A stretch of DNA of 63,752 nt, filler included, from Collodictyon triciliatum (GCA_043381765.1; 4 parts of 4 records of this genome joined end to end with filler, not necessarily neighbours in it); one strand, 5' to 3'; shown: positions 38,717 through 61,081, numbered from the whole stretch's first letter. Numbers and translations are program-made. The notes: generated from the letters alone by a model not told the origin.

Positions 38717-41700
38717 GGATGTGTAATATCGCTACGCTTCATGCCCTATGACTAACCTCACGAACAGTTCGATCAACTCGTGGATAAAGGCGCAGTAGCG
38801 GATCCAAATCGGCCTTTCGAAGCTACAATTTTAATTTTGGCAAATGATTGCATGTCCGATAATTGAAGAAAGATTATTTTTTTTTAAACCAAAGGGTTCA
38901 GTTTACTAGCAAACATTACCACGTAAAGTTCGCACGGTTCTACACAACAGACCGATGCTGTGCGAGTAGTATCTGGCGTCAGCAGGGCTATCTCACCTAT
39001 ATGAGAATATTGTATGTAATTTATGCGAAAACTCAAGAGAAAGGCAGAATCTAATCCAAATAATGCAACCAAATCGTACCGAAATAAGCGCCATCTTTTA
39101 ATACAGCAACGACCGTTTTGTTATCGGGAGCAATAATTTGGACAGATCCTTTGTTAATAAAGTACATTTCGGAACCTTGCTCACTAAACCATTACACGAA
39201 AGTCGGTGAATACACCTTTGCGTTACAGAGAAATAGAAATAGAAATAGAAAAAAAAATCAAATATTCGATAACTATGCTATTAATCTCTCACTTATATTT
39301 GGTCAAAGGAGGAGAATGAGGCGACTTATTATACTTTATGAACAAATATCTTCCATTATTACTTATTTTCTCAAATAAAACAAAAACAAAACCTCTGCCT
39401 AAACACATATTCACCAGTAGAATAAAATTCGGGAAATATTCTAAGCGATAGTTCTTTCAAAAACTCCTCGTCAGCATCTTTAAAAAAAGTCAACTAATAC
39501 ATTTAATGATATATTATAAATGTAGTAATAGTATATGGTAATAATTCACGAAAACATCGGTAAGACCACATCAACATCGAAAAGAATAGTAGAGTAAATT
39601 ATTGTTTGATGATTATATCTGAATGAAACATCCTCTATGTTAAAAATATTGGGCGGTAGAATAAAGGAAAAGAAAATTGACTAAAACTTGATATTTGTAT
39701 TTTTCTTTTCTATAAAATACTTTTTTTTTCCTTTATTCGATTCAAAGTGTTTTCTATAAAATACTTCAATTTTATTTCAGAGTGTGGATCAAATACTAAC
39801 AACTGCTACTAACCTTTTGAAGTAAACTCTTTCTCAGGTAAGTGGCCACTTCAGCGCGCAAGTCACGCGGCAGCTCCGATAGGATTATATTTTCATCGAC
39901 ACCTATGACATTCATCAACTTAGTTTTCTTTCACTTCTATGAATAATCAAACTCATGCTAATGATATTCTTATCTATTGAAAGGAACAAGACCCCTATTC
40001 AGGAGCCACAGTTTTTGGTAATGTGTGCGAACTCTTTCTTGCGTTTCTTTTGGAAGCTTTCGGTACTGAAAATGAATTAATTTTTCGTTCTTTTGAAAAG
40101 AAAAAAAAGGTCAAGAACCACATCATGATGTAATATAATGATACATGATAGAGATCAACCATCAAATACCAGGACTATAGAATGAAGAATACTATCGATA
40201 AATGTCAACAATAATATAGTTATTTATTTAAGTAATGCATGTAGCGGGCAATATAGAATATGTTACAAACCTTCATGTATTCATCAATACCCTGGAGGCG
40301 CCCAACAAATCGGTTCTCGCTTTGGTTGACACTCTCTGTTTCAATTTTTTAATTGGCTTTCTCCAACTAACAAGGAACACCTTTACTATTTTTAAAAGAA
40401 ACAAATATGGCCTATATTTACCTATAGCTGACGTCATAGAACCAAGGAAAGACCCCATCACAAATAATCCCGTAATCGAAACAACAAGAGTCAGGACGTG
40501 CTCAGAATCCGTGTTTGGCAATAGTTGGGTCCCGAAACTGCAGATGTTCCGAAGAGCCCAAGTAAAAGCAAACAAGTATTTGCTAATGACAGGCTATTAA
40601 GAGCGAGATGAAAAAAAAGAAAAAAAGAAAAACTACCTTTAGTCACCAAAATTGTTAAAAAAAAGCATAAAAGATATAAAATATCGGATCAATAGCTTTT
40701 CTGAGCTTAAGGTCTTTTGGGATACAAACCCTTTCCTTGAACGTATCGCCTCCAGAAAAGGAGTCACCTGGGTAATCCTATATGTGATTCATATTAAAAT
40801 ATGATCCCTGGGATTTATCCTCTACATGTCTAATATTTATATTTATTTATCCATATTTGTTTTGGCATGCAGCAAGTATACCGCCGTTTTTTTTTTTTTT
40901 ACGCTTCTTTCATCAAATAAATTATTTTCATGCAGTTTTTACTTTCAAAATTGAAAAATATTGAATACTTGTAAGCGAGTAACCAAAATCCATCCACACC
41001 CAATAAAATGGGACAGTACTGCAGTTTGAATCGTGAGTCGAAACACACGCTGAAACGCCGATGCAGATCCCCAAATATTAAGCTACAAACAAATAGCTCA
41101 GTTTTTATTAATGATATTAAGTAAGATGGCATGTAATGTGTAGGTATAATAATCATCAACAAAAAACAAAATAAAGCAAAGAAAACAAAATTACAAACAA
41201 AAAAGAAACAAATAATAAAATACAAATTTTTTTCATTTGAATAAAGTAATTGCCACCTTAGATAATCGAAAAGTTCGGCTAATAAGTAATAGGCGTGGTA
41301 ATCGTAATAGTCGTGCAAGATGAGCATTAGCAACAAAATAATAAAACGGAAAAGCAGCCAGAAAGTCGGGTATGAACCACGTTTTCAAGTAGTTGAGCGT
41401 AATTTCTTTGGAATCTGTTACAAACTAGGGGCAAATAATACCAAAATAGAGATGAAAGAATAACAGTACATAGTTAAATGGCCATCATGACAGCATAAGA
41501 AAATATCCAAACTAATTGAGCTTTAAAGTATACTATTTCAAAGATTGTGTATGCATGCTATGAATTCAAATTCTATATCAGATGTCTATATCCGTATCTA
41601 ATCCCAGAACTTTGATGCAACGGGCGGAAATTGAAAATAAAATAAAGTGTGGAATCTCAGCCTCAATATATATATATATATATATATAATCCAATCACCT

Positions 41701-42386
41701 CACTGTTCTTGATAGGCACAATACGAAAGGTAAGAATGACATTTGTAACGAATGTCATATCGACAAAACGATCCCATCCAACCCACCCACCACTGACTGA
41801 ATACTAGCGAGAGGATATTAGATATATCGTTAAATTTTGATACTATTTTCATTATGAGAATCGAAAACGTGCTTTTAGAAAAAAAAAATTCGATGAGGAA
41901 AAATTAAAATAGCTCAATGTGACAAGTTATGATAAGCCACTATCTTATAATATGCCTTGTATGGTGCAATTACGTTGAGTGAAATAAGGAACGGTATACT
42001 CCAGATTGTGTAGAAAATCAATGCACTCATTAAATATTCCCAGTATCGAAAGAAGGAAGAGTCGGGGAATATAAGGGTCTTCTTCTTGATTCTCACCCAG
42101 AATTCCTCCTGTTTTGTTAATTAAATGACCTCAAATCAAATATATTTCGACTGAAACGATCCAGCATAACCCTTCATTGAACCTCTATAAAAGCTTGGTC
42201 ATATTATTACTTTGAATGATGGCATTTTGATTTTTGGTAAGTTGAGTGATGTAATACCGCAGGCCATCCTGTCCATGCTTGAAACACTTGAAGGGAAGGG
42301 AATAACTTGGTTGCTTTTTGAGACGGGAATATTGCTTTTTGAGGAATTTGCGAAGGTGTTCTATCCTCGTCACCGTCGTTTTGAAT
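38503..42386 (-). CDS. Cyclic-nucleotide-binding 6TM cation channel (CNG/HCN/KCNH superfamily); first exon not located
   Basis: PDSSFFRYWE (S1), NYLKTWFIPDFLAAFP (S3), ARLLRLPRLL (S4), C-linker ELPRDLRAEV, CNBD EMYFINKG..YFGEIALL..TRTASV. Confidence 0.9.
39706..39766 (-). mobile_element. Ultra-short retroposed element with perfect 17-bp TSD
   Basis: TTTTCTATAAAATACTT-[T-run CCTTTATTCGATTCAAAGTG]-TTTTCTATAAAATACTT. Confidence 0.8.
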
Positions 42387-42504
42387 CTTATGTGATGTTT
42401 TTTTTTTAAAGAAGCTAAGAGAATATAGTTTCACATAAATCGAGAGAAAATAACAGGAACGGAATAAAAAGTAACAAAGGGGTGCAACAAAAAACCAACA
42501 AGAC

Positions 42505-42782
42505 AAATAAAAAATAAAGAATAAAAATAAAGAATAAAAAATAAAGAATAAAAAATAAAGAATAAAAAATAAAGAATAAAAAATAAAGAATAAAAAATAA
42601 AGAATAAAAAATAAAGAATAAAAAATAAAGAATAAAGAATAAAAAATATATAATAGAGTTTAAAGAATCAAGATTATAGTAAAGTGTAAAGAATAAAGTG
42701 TAAAGAATAAAGTGTAAAGAATAAAGTGTAAAGAATAAAGTGTAAAGAATAAAGTGTAAAGAATAAAGTGTAAAGAATAAAG
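42505..42782. repeat. Minisatellites (AATAAAAAATAAAG)n and (AATAAAGTGTAAAG)n
   Basis: Direct reading of 14-bp units. Confidence 0.9.
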
Positions 42783-42909
42783 AGTCAAATAAACGGGTAA
42801 ATGAATTCATATGTTCTGACCTATATCCGTGACAATCACTTTCACTAAGGAAAAATCGACATGAATCATGCATGTTTCCACTAAAATATGGGCTGTTGAT
42901 GACTATCAG

Positions 42910-45342
42910 GAGATTATCACGGCCCGATCGACTTCCCATGGGCTCTAGAAAAGCTCTCCGACTTGCTCAACGACGAAGAAAGTCGAGAGGAAGTGTTGGA
43001 GGCGATATCCATCTCTGCACAGTTTGGTCTGTAACATCCATAATGAAATGACCTTTGTTTTGTAGTGATCGTTTCCATCGCTTTTTAAATCAATACCTCT
43101 CGGTTAACAAACATATTCATACATTCTCAAATTCTGTTCACATCCTGCACTTGATTTTATATTACGTGGGATACATATATTGTTACCATACAACCTTGTG
43201 TTTATCTCTGCTAAAAAAAAAAGCCAGCTCTTATTATACACTGACGAAGCGTGTATTTGCATCACATTCAATACAGACAACAGTGGAGAAATCAGCGCAT
43301 CAAGCGTCTGTACAAGACTTGCGGACCTTCTTGGCACAAGCGACCCTGGTCTTCAAGTTCGTGTGGTGAAATGTTTCTCATCCATTGTAAAGGAAGGTCA
43401 ATACCAATCTCCTGTATAATTTTATTCTTTATCAGAATACCATCCCAATTTACACGGACGATTAAAATTATTACATCTTCGGTTCGTCAAATAACAATAT
43501 AATCTTTGTATTTTATACCTGTTTTCTTCATCAACCCTATGAATTCACCAGTTAACCATATCCATGCTTTAATTTTAATACAAAATAAAAATTCAATAAA
43601 ACTCTTGGTATAGATGCAAATCGCCTCAAAGTAGCGCGAGTTGCAGGGATGCAGTTGTTTAATTTGAATCGCTCTAGTAATATCGAAATTGCACAAATAT
43701 CTCGCGAGATTACTCATGAACTATTCCAAAATGGTTTGATAACTCTCCTTTTGTATTTGGTCCCTATTTTCGTTTATGCACTAGCACAATTTTTGAATTA
43801 CATTTAACTTCAGTTCATTGACTATCGCTTTCACTATCACTTTTTCTTCCCCATTCGCCTGGCTCTAGCCCAAGCCTTGGAATTCCTAACAAATTCCTTA
43901 GAAAAAGTCAATCGAACTGATTTGGACAATATGGCAGCGCGTAATGCAATTTCATTTTAATTAATCCTATACTTACTTACACCGACCCATTTGATTTTTT
44001 CTTCCAACAACCGTATTAAATGGGTTAAAAAAAAAGCCCCTCTTTGGGCTGGAAAACAACAGTTTGAAACACTCATTCATTGCTTGATATTGTAGAGGTA
44101 GAAGTGAGTAGAACAATTCCGGCTACATCTGATATCCCACTAACACCATCGGGAAAATCCAATCCAATTGTAAAACATCTGATCTATATTTTTGTATATT
44201 TTTATGTAGTTAGTCATTAAGTAGACATGTATCTAGATATACATGAGGACAACATGTTGTAGTAATGAAAATACGCTTTTATATATTCAGGATGTAGAAA
44301 AAGTCAGTGGAAAGAAAAAGGATGGTCTTAACAGAAAGTGAGTCTTCAAATTCAAACTTTCACAGCCTTTAACATTAAAAAAGAAGAAAAAAGAGGATTA
44401 TTATAAAAAAAATCAATGATAATTATGAAAGCTACGTCGATGCTATTGGAAAGGCTGCTATTGGAAAGCTGTCCTCTGCTCTGGATATGACGGGCTCTGC
44501 GGCACAACATTTCCGAAAGAATGTGGTATTTGTCCATTACATTGTTTACTATAATGACGAATTGACAATGTAAAATGACATATTTTAAGTTTGTCATTCG
44601 TGCCATATTTTGAAACCTTTTTTATTTATTTATTTGTTTATTTATTATAAGGCGAGTAAGAACTCATTTTTGCTTTGAAAATATATCTTTTATTTACAAT
44701 GAGTTAGTTATAAATTCCTATTACTTGGCTCTTTTCTTGAATTTAAGTTCCCTGCGGGCCTCGAAATTCCAACCGGAAGCTCTCCTGATCCCAGCGCAAC
44801 ACTCAGTTCTACACCGGTTGAGAAGAAAATTGAGTCCATATGGTGGACTGACATGGTTGTAGGTCTGTCTTGTACTTTCTTTCATTAAACTTCAATAATT
44901 TTTTTTATTGCCCTTGTATTTTTTTTTTTTGACGAGCAAAGTAAACTTTTGATTAAATCCAATTCATTATATATATTGAAAATCAATTTCTTAACTTTAT
45001 TCATTCACATACAATCACTTACATATATTATATGTTTGACAATCGGCTTTGTTTTCTCTCAATGAACTGTTGAAATGAAACCATAAAAAAATTATACGTT
45101 TTACATGAAAGGTTCTCCACAAAAGAGTCGCTCAGGAAGCTTATCGACTCGAGGTTCAGGGCTTCTGGTATCTTCGAAGGATGCCACCGAGAAAATGGAC
45201 AGTGATAATGCAAATGTTTGTTGTTCTGAATGATTATTTATGGTTTTTAAAGTCCATGTCACAAAAAAAAAAAAAAAAGTTACATCCCGGCCAAATGACG
45301 ACCCTAGCTTTCTTTTCCACTTTCACTTTGTAAATTTCTTCC

Positions 45343-45439
<97 letters not shown>

Positions 45440-48400
45440 CACCATCATCATCAATTTATCATTTCGAGCAGCACATTCATAATCTGCTTCAACTATGGAG
45501 ACGTCATCAAAAGATTGTAAGAGGCATCTTGTATGAGTTCAAAAAGACCCAAAAGCACACGAAGGATATCCGTATGCTGACAGAATACCAAAACTTCGCT
45601 TCACTCGCTGTTTTGGAGTTAGAATCCGAAAAGAAGGCCTGGTGCCAAGCCCATCCACAATACGAAAGTAAACCAGGCACAGCATCAAAATGGACAAAAG
45701 AAAATCAAAAACTCTTTTTTTCTTCTTCCGAATCGTACGATGACATTATTGAATTTTTGTAGATGAAGGATAAAAAGCAAAGGGTGAAAAATAACAATAA
45801 TACTTAACTCTTCCATCGATACAAAATAAACAAATCGAATAGGATTCTACGAACCAAGTTATGTTTCGCAGCTTGACTTTGCTTTGGAACTATCATTGAA
45901 ATTTCTGCATTCCCCGAATATCAAGATTGTTGCTGCTTTCGCCACAACATTGGTGGATTTCATGCATGAAGGTTTGCTTCTAAGAGTCGATAATAATATT
46001 TCCTTTTTCAAAAAAATGCATCACATATTATCATCATAAAAACCTCCGTGTGATATAACTCGACTTGGTATTATAAATTTCCGAGATTTTTTTTTAAAAA
46101 ACTAGGAAACAAAATCCGCAATAGGGAAATGATAAATTGATGTTCCTTTTTAAAATTAAACTTTTATTTTCTCCAACTTATTTATTCCACATAACTCTAA
46201 CATTTTTTTAATCTAATGTGCCCATGCTTTTTTTTTTTTTTTTTAATAATACGTGTTGTAGATGAGAAGGTTTTTCATTACATGTCCGAAAAAGATGGAA
46301 TCATTTCCTTCTGTAGACTTCTGGAGTCGACCGAGCCAGTAATTATATGTAGTGCACTACGCGCTCTCCTACTATTGAGTGGGTCAGGTTGGCAAATAGT
46401 TTTCATCTAAGCAAATCTGTTCAGGGAGAATAAATTATTTTGTCTTTATTTGAAATGAACTAGGTTTTGTTTTATGAAGAACGATAGCAACGAAGTTGCT
46501 TAATCGACTTTTTTTTTCTATAATAATTTGAGGGCAACCAAGTTTTCTGCTGTTTAAAATTTAATCACTGAGCACATAGAGACAGGACATCGAAATCGAA
46601 AAATTATGGGCAAGAACAATACCATACCGAAACTCTGTATTCTTGCATCAGCAGACGCGGCCGAGCCAAGAAAATTAGCGGCAAAGATATTAGTAACCTT
46701 GATTGAAGAAAGCAAGTCTTCCCATATCAGAATTAATTAACCATATGTATATATTATATATTTTTTTATTTTTACTTTTGGAGATTGAAACCAGTGCTCT
46801 TGTTTTTCATCGAAATAATTTCACCTATTTTATCATAGGGAAACTCAAAAGTAAAGTATACAATGATCCGAATCTTCCTGCATACTTGACGCTCACTGAT
46901 AAATTTCAAGAATTTGAACATAAAATGGTGACCCAGAAAAGTGCGCCATCGGCAGGTTTTCTTTTCTTTTCTTTTATAAACATAAACCCCATAGATGTAT
47001 ACGATAATCATCCAACATTCTAATATATTATTACATAAAGTCCTAACATTAAATCAATATCTAAATATTTTATACGAATTTGACCTCGTAGCCTCTGGAG
47101 AGACAGATGTAAATGATATTAAATATTCGTTTGCATTTTTCCTCATTCGAGTTTGAACTAACGAACTATTTATCCTTAAACACACAACATTGAACCATTT
47201 TTTACATGAAAAAAATTAATATTTTTCGTTATGAACTGGAAGTGTTAACACTGAATTATCGTAAAAAGCAACAGGAAAATAGCACAGATGTCGATTTTCG
47301 CCGCAAATTTAATCTCCCAGATAGCGAAAGGATTCTGAAAAGTATGAGACATTCCATATTGACCGATAAATATTTCGATATAAATAAGGAGCTCTCCTTT
47401 CATAAGCCAGCTGTCAAATTGCAAAAAGCAAAAGTGTCATATCGCAGTGATATTCAGATACGATCTTTTTCTATTACTTTCATGGGATGAAGTTAAACTT
47501 TTGCAATATCCTTAGCTTACTCGTGTGCCCTATTGAAGCAAATACCTGTCCACGGCCGAGTGTGGATATCAAACAACTACATTTGTTTCTACTCTGGCAT
47601 TATCGGGCTGAGGACTATGGTTCGGACTTCTGAATCATAAAATAATATGCCTGCATAACAGATTAGATGCCTGTTTTTCTTCTTCTTCTAAATCACGAAT
47701 TGAAATTCATTTGTTGTGTTCCTTCTTTGCTTTGTGAAATGCTCTCGCCAATTTGGCGTTGGTGATACTCTTTCAACTTTAAAAAAATTTACCTTTATAA
47801 ACTAGGACATTATCCCCATTCAACTGGTCAAGTCCATCACCAAGACATCCCACAAAATAATCAATCCTGCTATCGAGCTTGTACTGGAAGGAAGGGTACA
47901 ATTTTGTTTTCATCATTGAGTATATCTCAGATAATACCACGTCAATCACCCATGGCTTATGCTATTATTTTTTTCGTCTTTTTAATGGGAAATATTTATG
48001 ATTGTTCGATGAGACCTATCAACATGTATCTGAACAACTAATAATTCATAAATATGATAATATCTTAGCCGTCAGTGCTTTTTATGTCATTTTACGACCG
48101 AGACTCTGCCTTTAACAACTTCAATCGTCTAATTTTGCAAGAAACAGTGGCCGAAGTTGAGGAGGAAGTTGTTGAATTTCTTGGTTCAGATGGTAGATAA
48201 TAAAAAAAAAAAAAGAAATAAATATAGCTATATCTGCATTGTATGTATTGAAATGATCTATTATAATATCTAATAAATGCAACATTTCCAAAATAATAAT
48301 AATTATAACAATTCTTTTTCACACAGAAAACAAATTTGTGGATTTATTCCAAAACCAAGAGCTTCCCATACCTGTCGAAAAATACTTTAGTCTAATTCAC

Positions 48401-50079
48401 GGGGATGACTCGCCTTTTGCAAAAGAATATCATGAAAGTCGTGGAGACCAAGGTCTTGGCCACTTTTTTGTTTCCGTTTTCTTAAACGATAAGGAGCTTC
48501 TTTTCATCGATAATATCTATTGATACCTACGTACAGATTTGGTTCTGAACAAGTGGGTGGCAGACCCGAAGCTAGGGCAAACAAGGGAGTTGCGATATGT
48601 AGTCAATACGAACGCTCCGATTGGTACTTGAGAAAAAATTAGCGCCCAAATGCTTTTTTGAATGAATTTTGCATTTTTTTTTTCATCCTGGACTTTATTT
48701 TTCCAACCTTCGACAAGCAAGCCTTTTTAGTTAATATTTATGAAATCACCAATCACAACCAATTAAATAAATGATTATAAACAGGTCCAAAAACAGCTCA
48801 AGTTCTCGATACGCAGCGATACACCTTTAGAAAAGAGTATGCAACACAATTAAGAAATGGCCATCCTCAAATTAAAAAAAATCACATAAAATCAACTGAG
48901 ATATCCAACCTTTTTACATTCTTACGATTCATATGTATTTTTTTATTTTTCTATTTTCATATTTCTTTTATATTTAAGGCAATTAGAGCGCATATTCATT
49001 CTTCACAGCACATGTACCTTTCCTTATTTTTAATGGCGTCCGACTAACTCACCATATTTGATTTGCACTCGCTCGAAGAGGGAACATGCACATCATCGAA
49101 ACCATCTGTTCCATGAGGGAAGCGCCGTACGGAGACTGCTTTGTAGTTGAAACGAGAATCGTCGCGCAGCCGGCCGGCCCAAACAAAACGCGAGTGGACG
49201 CAATGACTGCCTTAAACTTTACAAAATCGTGTTTCATACAAGGTTCCTATCTATAATCCTGATTTTTTTTTTGAGATATCTTTATCTTTTTATCCTTCCA
49301 AGATCAAAAATATATAATGATAATCTATGATAAAATTCAGGGGGGAAATCTTTCCTCTCCTTTCTCTTTTATGCAACCCACCATATTTCAAACTGGATAG
49401 TTATTATTACCCATGGTCTTCATTTGTTTATCGTCTGCTTCATCCATTCACTCCACAGGAACAATTGAAAAGGCGTCGATTCGACAAGCAAAACAGTCAT
49501 ATCAGGATTGGATCAAACTCGCCGAAGACTTTTGCAAAAGCCCTGACAGAAACGACCCCAAAATTATGGTACATTAATAAATAAAATAAGGAAATAAATC
49601 AATATATTTCTTTACCCATTTCAATATGGTAAACAGAAAGTTTTTTTTTTTTAAAAAAAAATATGACAGCACAATACTTTTCAACAAACTGAGACAATAT
49701 GAGTATGATTACACATGTGAGATAAGCTCGTCTTTTCTTCAATTTTTCCCCCCATTTTTGAAGCGGTGCCTGGTATTGCATGCGCCACACCCAAAGAAAA
49801 CAGAGCCCGCCGGCCCGAATTAACATGCACATTATCGACTCACAGGAGCGCAAGAAGGCAGCCGAAGCAGACGCACCGGGCACAGGAAAGAATGCCGGAT
49901 TGACCGGTGATGCAGCATCGGCACTGCAGACTCTACAGAAACTCTCGATTCTGATTATGGTTGCTTTGCTTGCTCTGATTGTGTTAGTGATTCGGCTCTT
50001 GTCGCGTGTGGACGACTTGGAAAGAATCCTACTGCACCAGCTCTCAGCCGTGGATAATGCGAATAAAAATGATTCGTAA
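42910..50079 (+). CDS. ARM/HEAT-repeat + GRAM + VASt (StART-like) + C-terminal TM protein (LAM/Aster/GRAMD1-like); start not located
   Basis: GRAM FRRKFNLPDSERILKTYSCALLKQIPVHGRVWISNNYICFYS; VASt APIGPKTAQV and APYGDCFVVETR; C-terminal hydrophobic helix plus coiled coil; ARM-like segments upstream. Confidence 0.75.
46712..46838 (+). other. GC-AG intron
   Basis: GAAGAAA|GCAAGT phase-1 donor joins TCATAG|GG AAA CTC. The nearby GT alternative gives an in-frame stop. Confidence 0.7.
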
Positions 50080-50234
50080 TCAAAGAATCGAAAAAAAAAT
50101 AAAGGCAAAAGTCAATTAGGATATTCAAGTGAATGCATTAACCGTGCTTTCCTTTCTATTTTTTTTTTAAAAAAAATTTCTTCTCGCATACAACCATACA
50201 CAGCTCAGAAAGCCACACCCCACTCACATTAAAC

Positions 50235-50305
50235 AACAGCAATGCACTTTGAATCGAATGAAGGAAAAAAAAAAGAAAAAAGAAAGAAAAAAGAACAGCA
50301 ATGCA
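50235..50305 (+). mobile_element. Ultra-short retroposed element with perfect 12-bp TSD and A-rich tail
   Basis: AACAGCAATGCA-[CTTTGAATCGAATGAAGG A10 GAAAAAAGAAAGAAAAAAG]-AACAGCAATGCA. Confidence 0.8.
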
Positions 50306-50525
50306 ACAATCATATTACTCGTATTAATGAGTGGGTGAGTGCGCAATAATAAACATATTCAGACCAGCAAAACAGAACGGCAAACGAAACACCACGACAG
50401 ACTGACTGCTTCGCTGGGTTTTATATGTGTCTCTCACTGTTCTCATATTCAGACATACGTAGGATTTCATGTCTATTGGGAGATGGATAAACGGAATGGG
50501 ATGTGTGTGTGTGATGGGACACAGT

Positions 50526-53197
<2,672 letters not shown>

Positions 53198-53399
53198 TCC
53201 TCACACAGCCTCCTGGCCTTGTCCTGCAATCCGGAGGACTTTGATGAACTCACGCTTTCCTCCCACGGCTGTCAGTCATTTTTGAGACAAAGAAGCGCAA
53301 CACGGCCAATTCTGAATAACCACACGGGAAATATTTCTTGCGATAGAGCATAACATAACATAACATAACATAACATAACATAACATAACATAACATATA

Positions 53400-55100
53400 T
53401 AGAGATATAAGGCGAGGTTTAATATCTTTCTCATCCCTTTTCCACATGTCTCTTCTCACAGGGTCTGAGTAGTAGAGAACGTGCAGGTGGCGAAGAAAGC
53501 TATTGAGGAAAGAGATTTGTATGATGTCATTCAGCCTATTATCNNNNNNNNNNNNNNNNNNNNNNNNNNNNNNNNNNNNNNNNNNNNNNNNNNNNNNNNN
53601 NNNNNNNNNNNNNNNNNNNNNNNNNNNNNNNNNNNNNNNNNNNNNNNNNNNNNNNNNNNNNNNNNNNNNNNNNNNNNNNNNNNNNNNNNNNNNNNNNNNN
53701 NNNNNNNNNNNNNNNNNNNNNNNNNNNNNNNNNNNNNNNNNNNNNNNNNNNNNNNNNNNNNNNNNNNNNNNNNNNNNNNNNNNNNNNNNNNNNNNNNNNN
53801 NNNNNNNNNNNNNNNNNNNNNNNNNNNNNNNNNNNNNNNNNNNNNNNNNNNNNNNNNNNNNNNNNNNNNNNNNNNNNNNNNNNNNNNNNNNNNNNNNNNN
53901 NNNNTAGTCCATAGCAAATGGCCTCGCGTCACTGCCCAGAATGTTTTTGCATCTGGACGCAGCTGTTGCAGAGGCCCAAATATCGCCTGGATTGGGCCAA
54001 CAGCCGCAGCCGTCTTGAGTGTCAGTCGAAGAATCTCACCAGCTGTTTCGCGCAGGTTTTGAGCGAAGGGACATTGCACAAATGTGTGCTCAATGGATTC
54101 ATCACCGTTGCTGCAATGTATGCATTGTTGGGAGACTTTGCCAGCTTTTGCCGCGCGTGTGCCTATCCATAGCTCCCTATTGTTGATATTAATCATTAGA
54201 GAGCGGTGATTTGGAAGGACTTGCGGGGTTCGTGCTTGTCTCCAGCTCGCGGTGAGCGGGGTGTGGGTGATGCCCAGTGTTTCTCCCCGCTGTTGATGTT
54301 TTGACTTTTTGTAGGGTGTCAGCGGCGATATTTTGTATCGAAAGAATTTGAAGTAGGCCATAGCCATCGAGAACTGCATAGACTGCGCACCGTTAGACGA
54401 GCGTTCGTTCTTTAGGCGGAAAAAGAATGGCGACGGGATGTCGTATGAGATTGGTCTGCATGAGTGCCATTTTCCTTTGTTATTCAGGTCGGCTGTGGTT
54501 GGCTGCGCATCTTGTGTGCGGAATGCGGTGGAGCCTGGCGTTGTGATGTACGAGCCGTCTTCTTTGAATGAGATTTCTCTGATGGTGGCCGCGTTGCCTT
54601 CGAGAATCTGTTTGATGATGCACAAGCCTTTCTGGTTGTCCCAGCATATTTGTCCTGCTGCCAATGGCTCGCTCAGGGGTATTGTCATGTCGCAGTGAGT
54701 ATACAGAATCTGCCAACGCGAGAGCAAATGCTCGGGTGTGTTTGGAGGTGGTAGTGGGATTGTTCTTTGTTGCAACTGTGTTTTGGAGTCTGCACACAGT
54801 TTGGTGATGAGTTTCCACATCCCAATTTTCCAAAACCCTTTCGGCTGCATGAACATGTCCGTCCACCACATCAAGGTCAGTGATTTTTTTCCTTTATTCG
54901 ATTCAAAGACTTCAAGGTCAGCGATATCCATGCATTTAAGGGTCGGGAGGTAGAAAGTGTCCATCAGACACAAGAACAGCCAATGAAACTCCATGGTGGG
55001 TGATAGAAAGATTAACCTCGCGCGAATGCAATCAGTAAGGAACAAGTTGAAATCAACACTGCGTTATCCAGAACGAAATTTCCCTGTCAAAAAAAGTGGT
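53400..55100 (-). mobile_element. L1/Tx1-like LINE fragment (ORF2 C-terminal region with zf-RVT), interrupted by a gap
   Basis: Intronless, GC-richer ORF containing CIHCSNGDESIEHTFVQCPFAQ (CX2C..HX4C) and ..GHLLWT. Its 3' side abuts a (TTATG)n tract. Confidence 0.75.
54871..54925 (-). mobile_element. Ultra-short retroposed element nested in the LINE, 14-bp TSD
   Basis: TCAAGGTCAGTGAT-[TTTTTTCCTTTATTCGATTCAAAGACT]-TCAAGGTCAGCGAT. Confidence 0.8.
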
Positions 55101-55490
55101 CTCTCGTCACCAATATAAGACGGGTCTTCGCGAGGCCTGGGGTGAAACTAAGACAAGTCAAATCGAATGCGTTTGCATTATGCAGGAGTCAGGGTTTGTG
55201 TCCACAATTATTTTAAATTACTCATAAAAGATTCATATTCTTGAACTCAAAAACATCCGCCAGGCAGAAATATTTGATGCTGCATGTGACTCGCTTTTCA
55301 TTCTCACGGTGTTATTGCATTAAATCAGGTACAGCTCGCAAATCCAGAGAACGAGTACAAAAGCGTTCAAATCGGTTTGAAAACAATATAAGGTTTTACT
55401 CTTGTTTATTCATGAAGGAGCAGTGCGCAAGCTGTGGTTTGGGCGAGTGACTTTGGTTGCATATTGCACTGCAATGGTGGCGACTGCGGC

Positions 55491-61081
<5,591 letters not shown>

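Noticed and set aside
42505-42782. Regular repeats resembling a CRISPR array
   Set aside because: Tandem 14-mers with no unique spacers, in a eukaryotic context
44037-44061. Apparent micro-exon requiring an AA acceptor
   Set aside because: A single canonical intron from 43941 to 44095 keeps the frame without it
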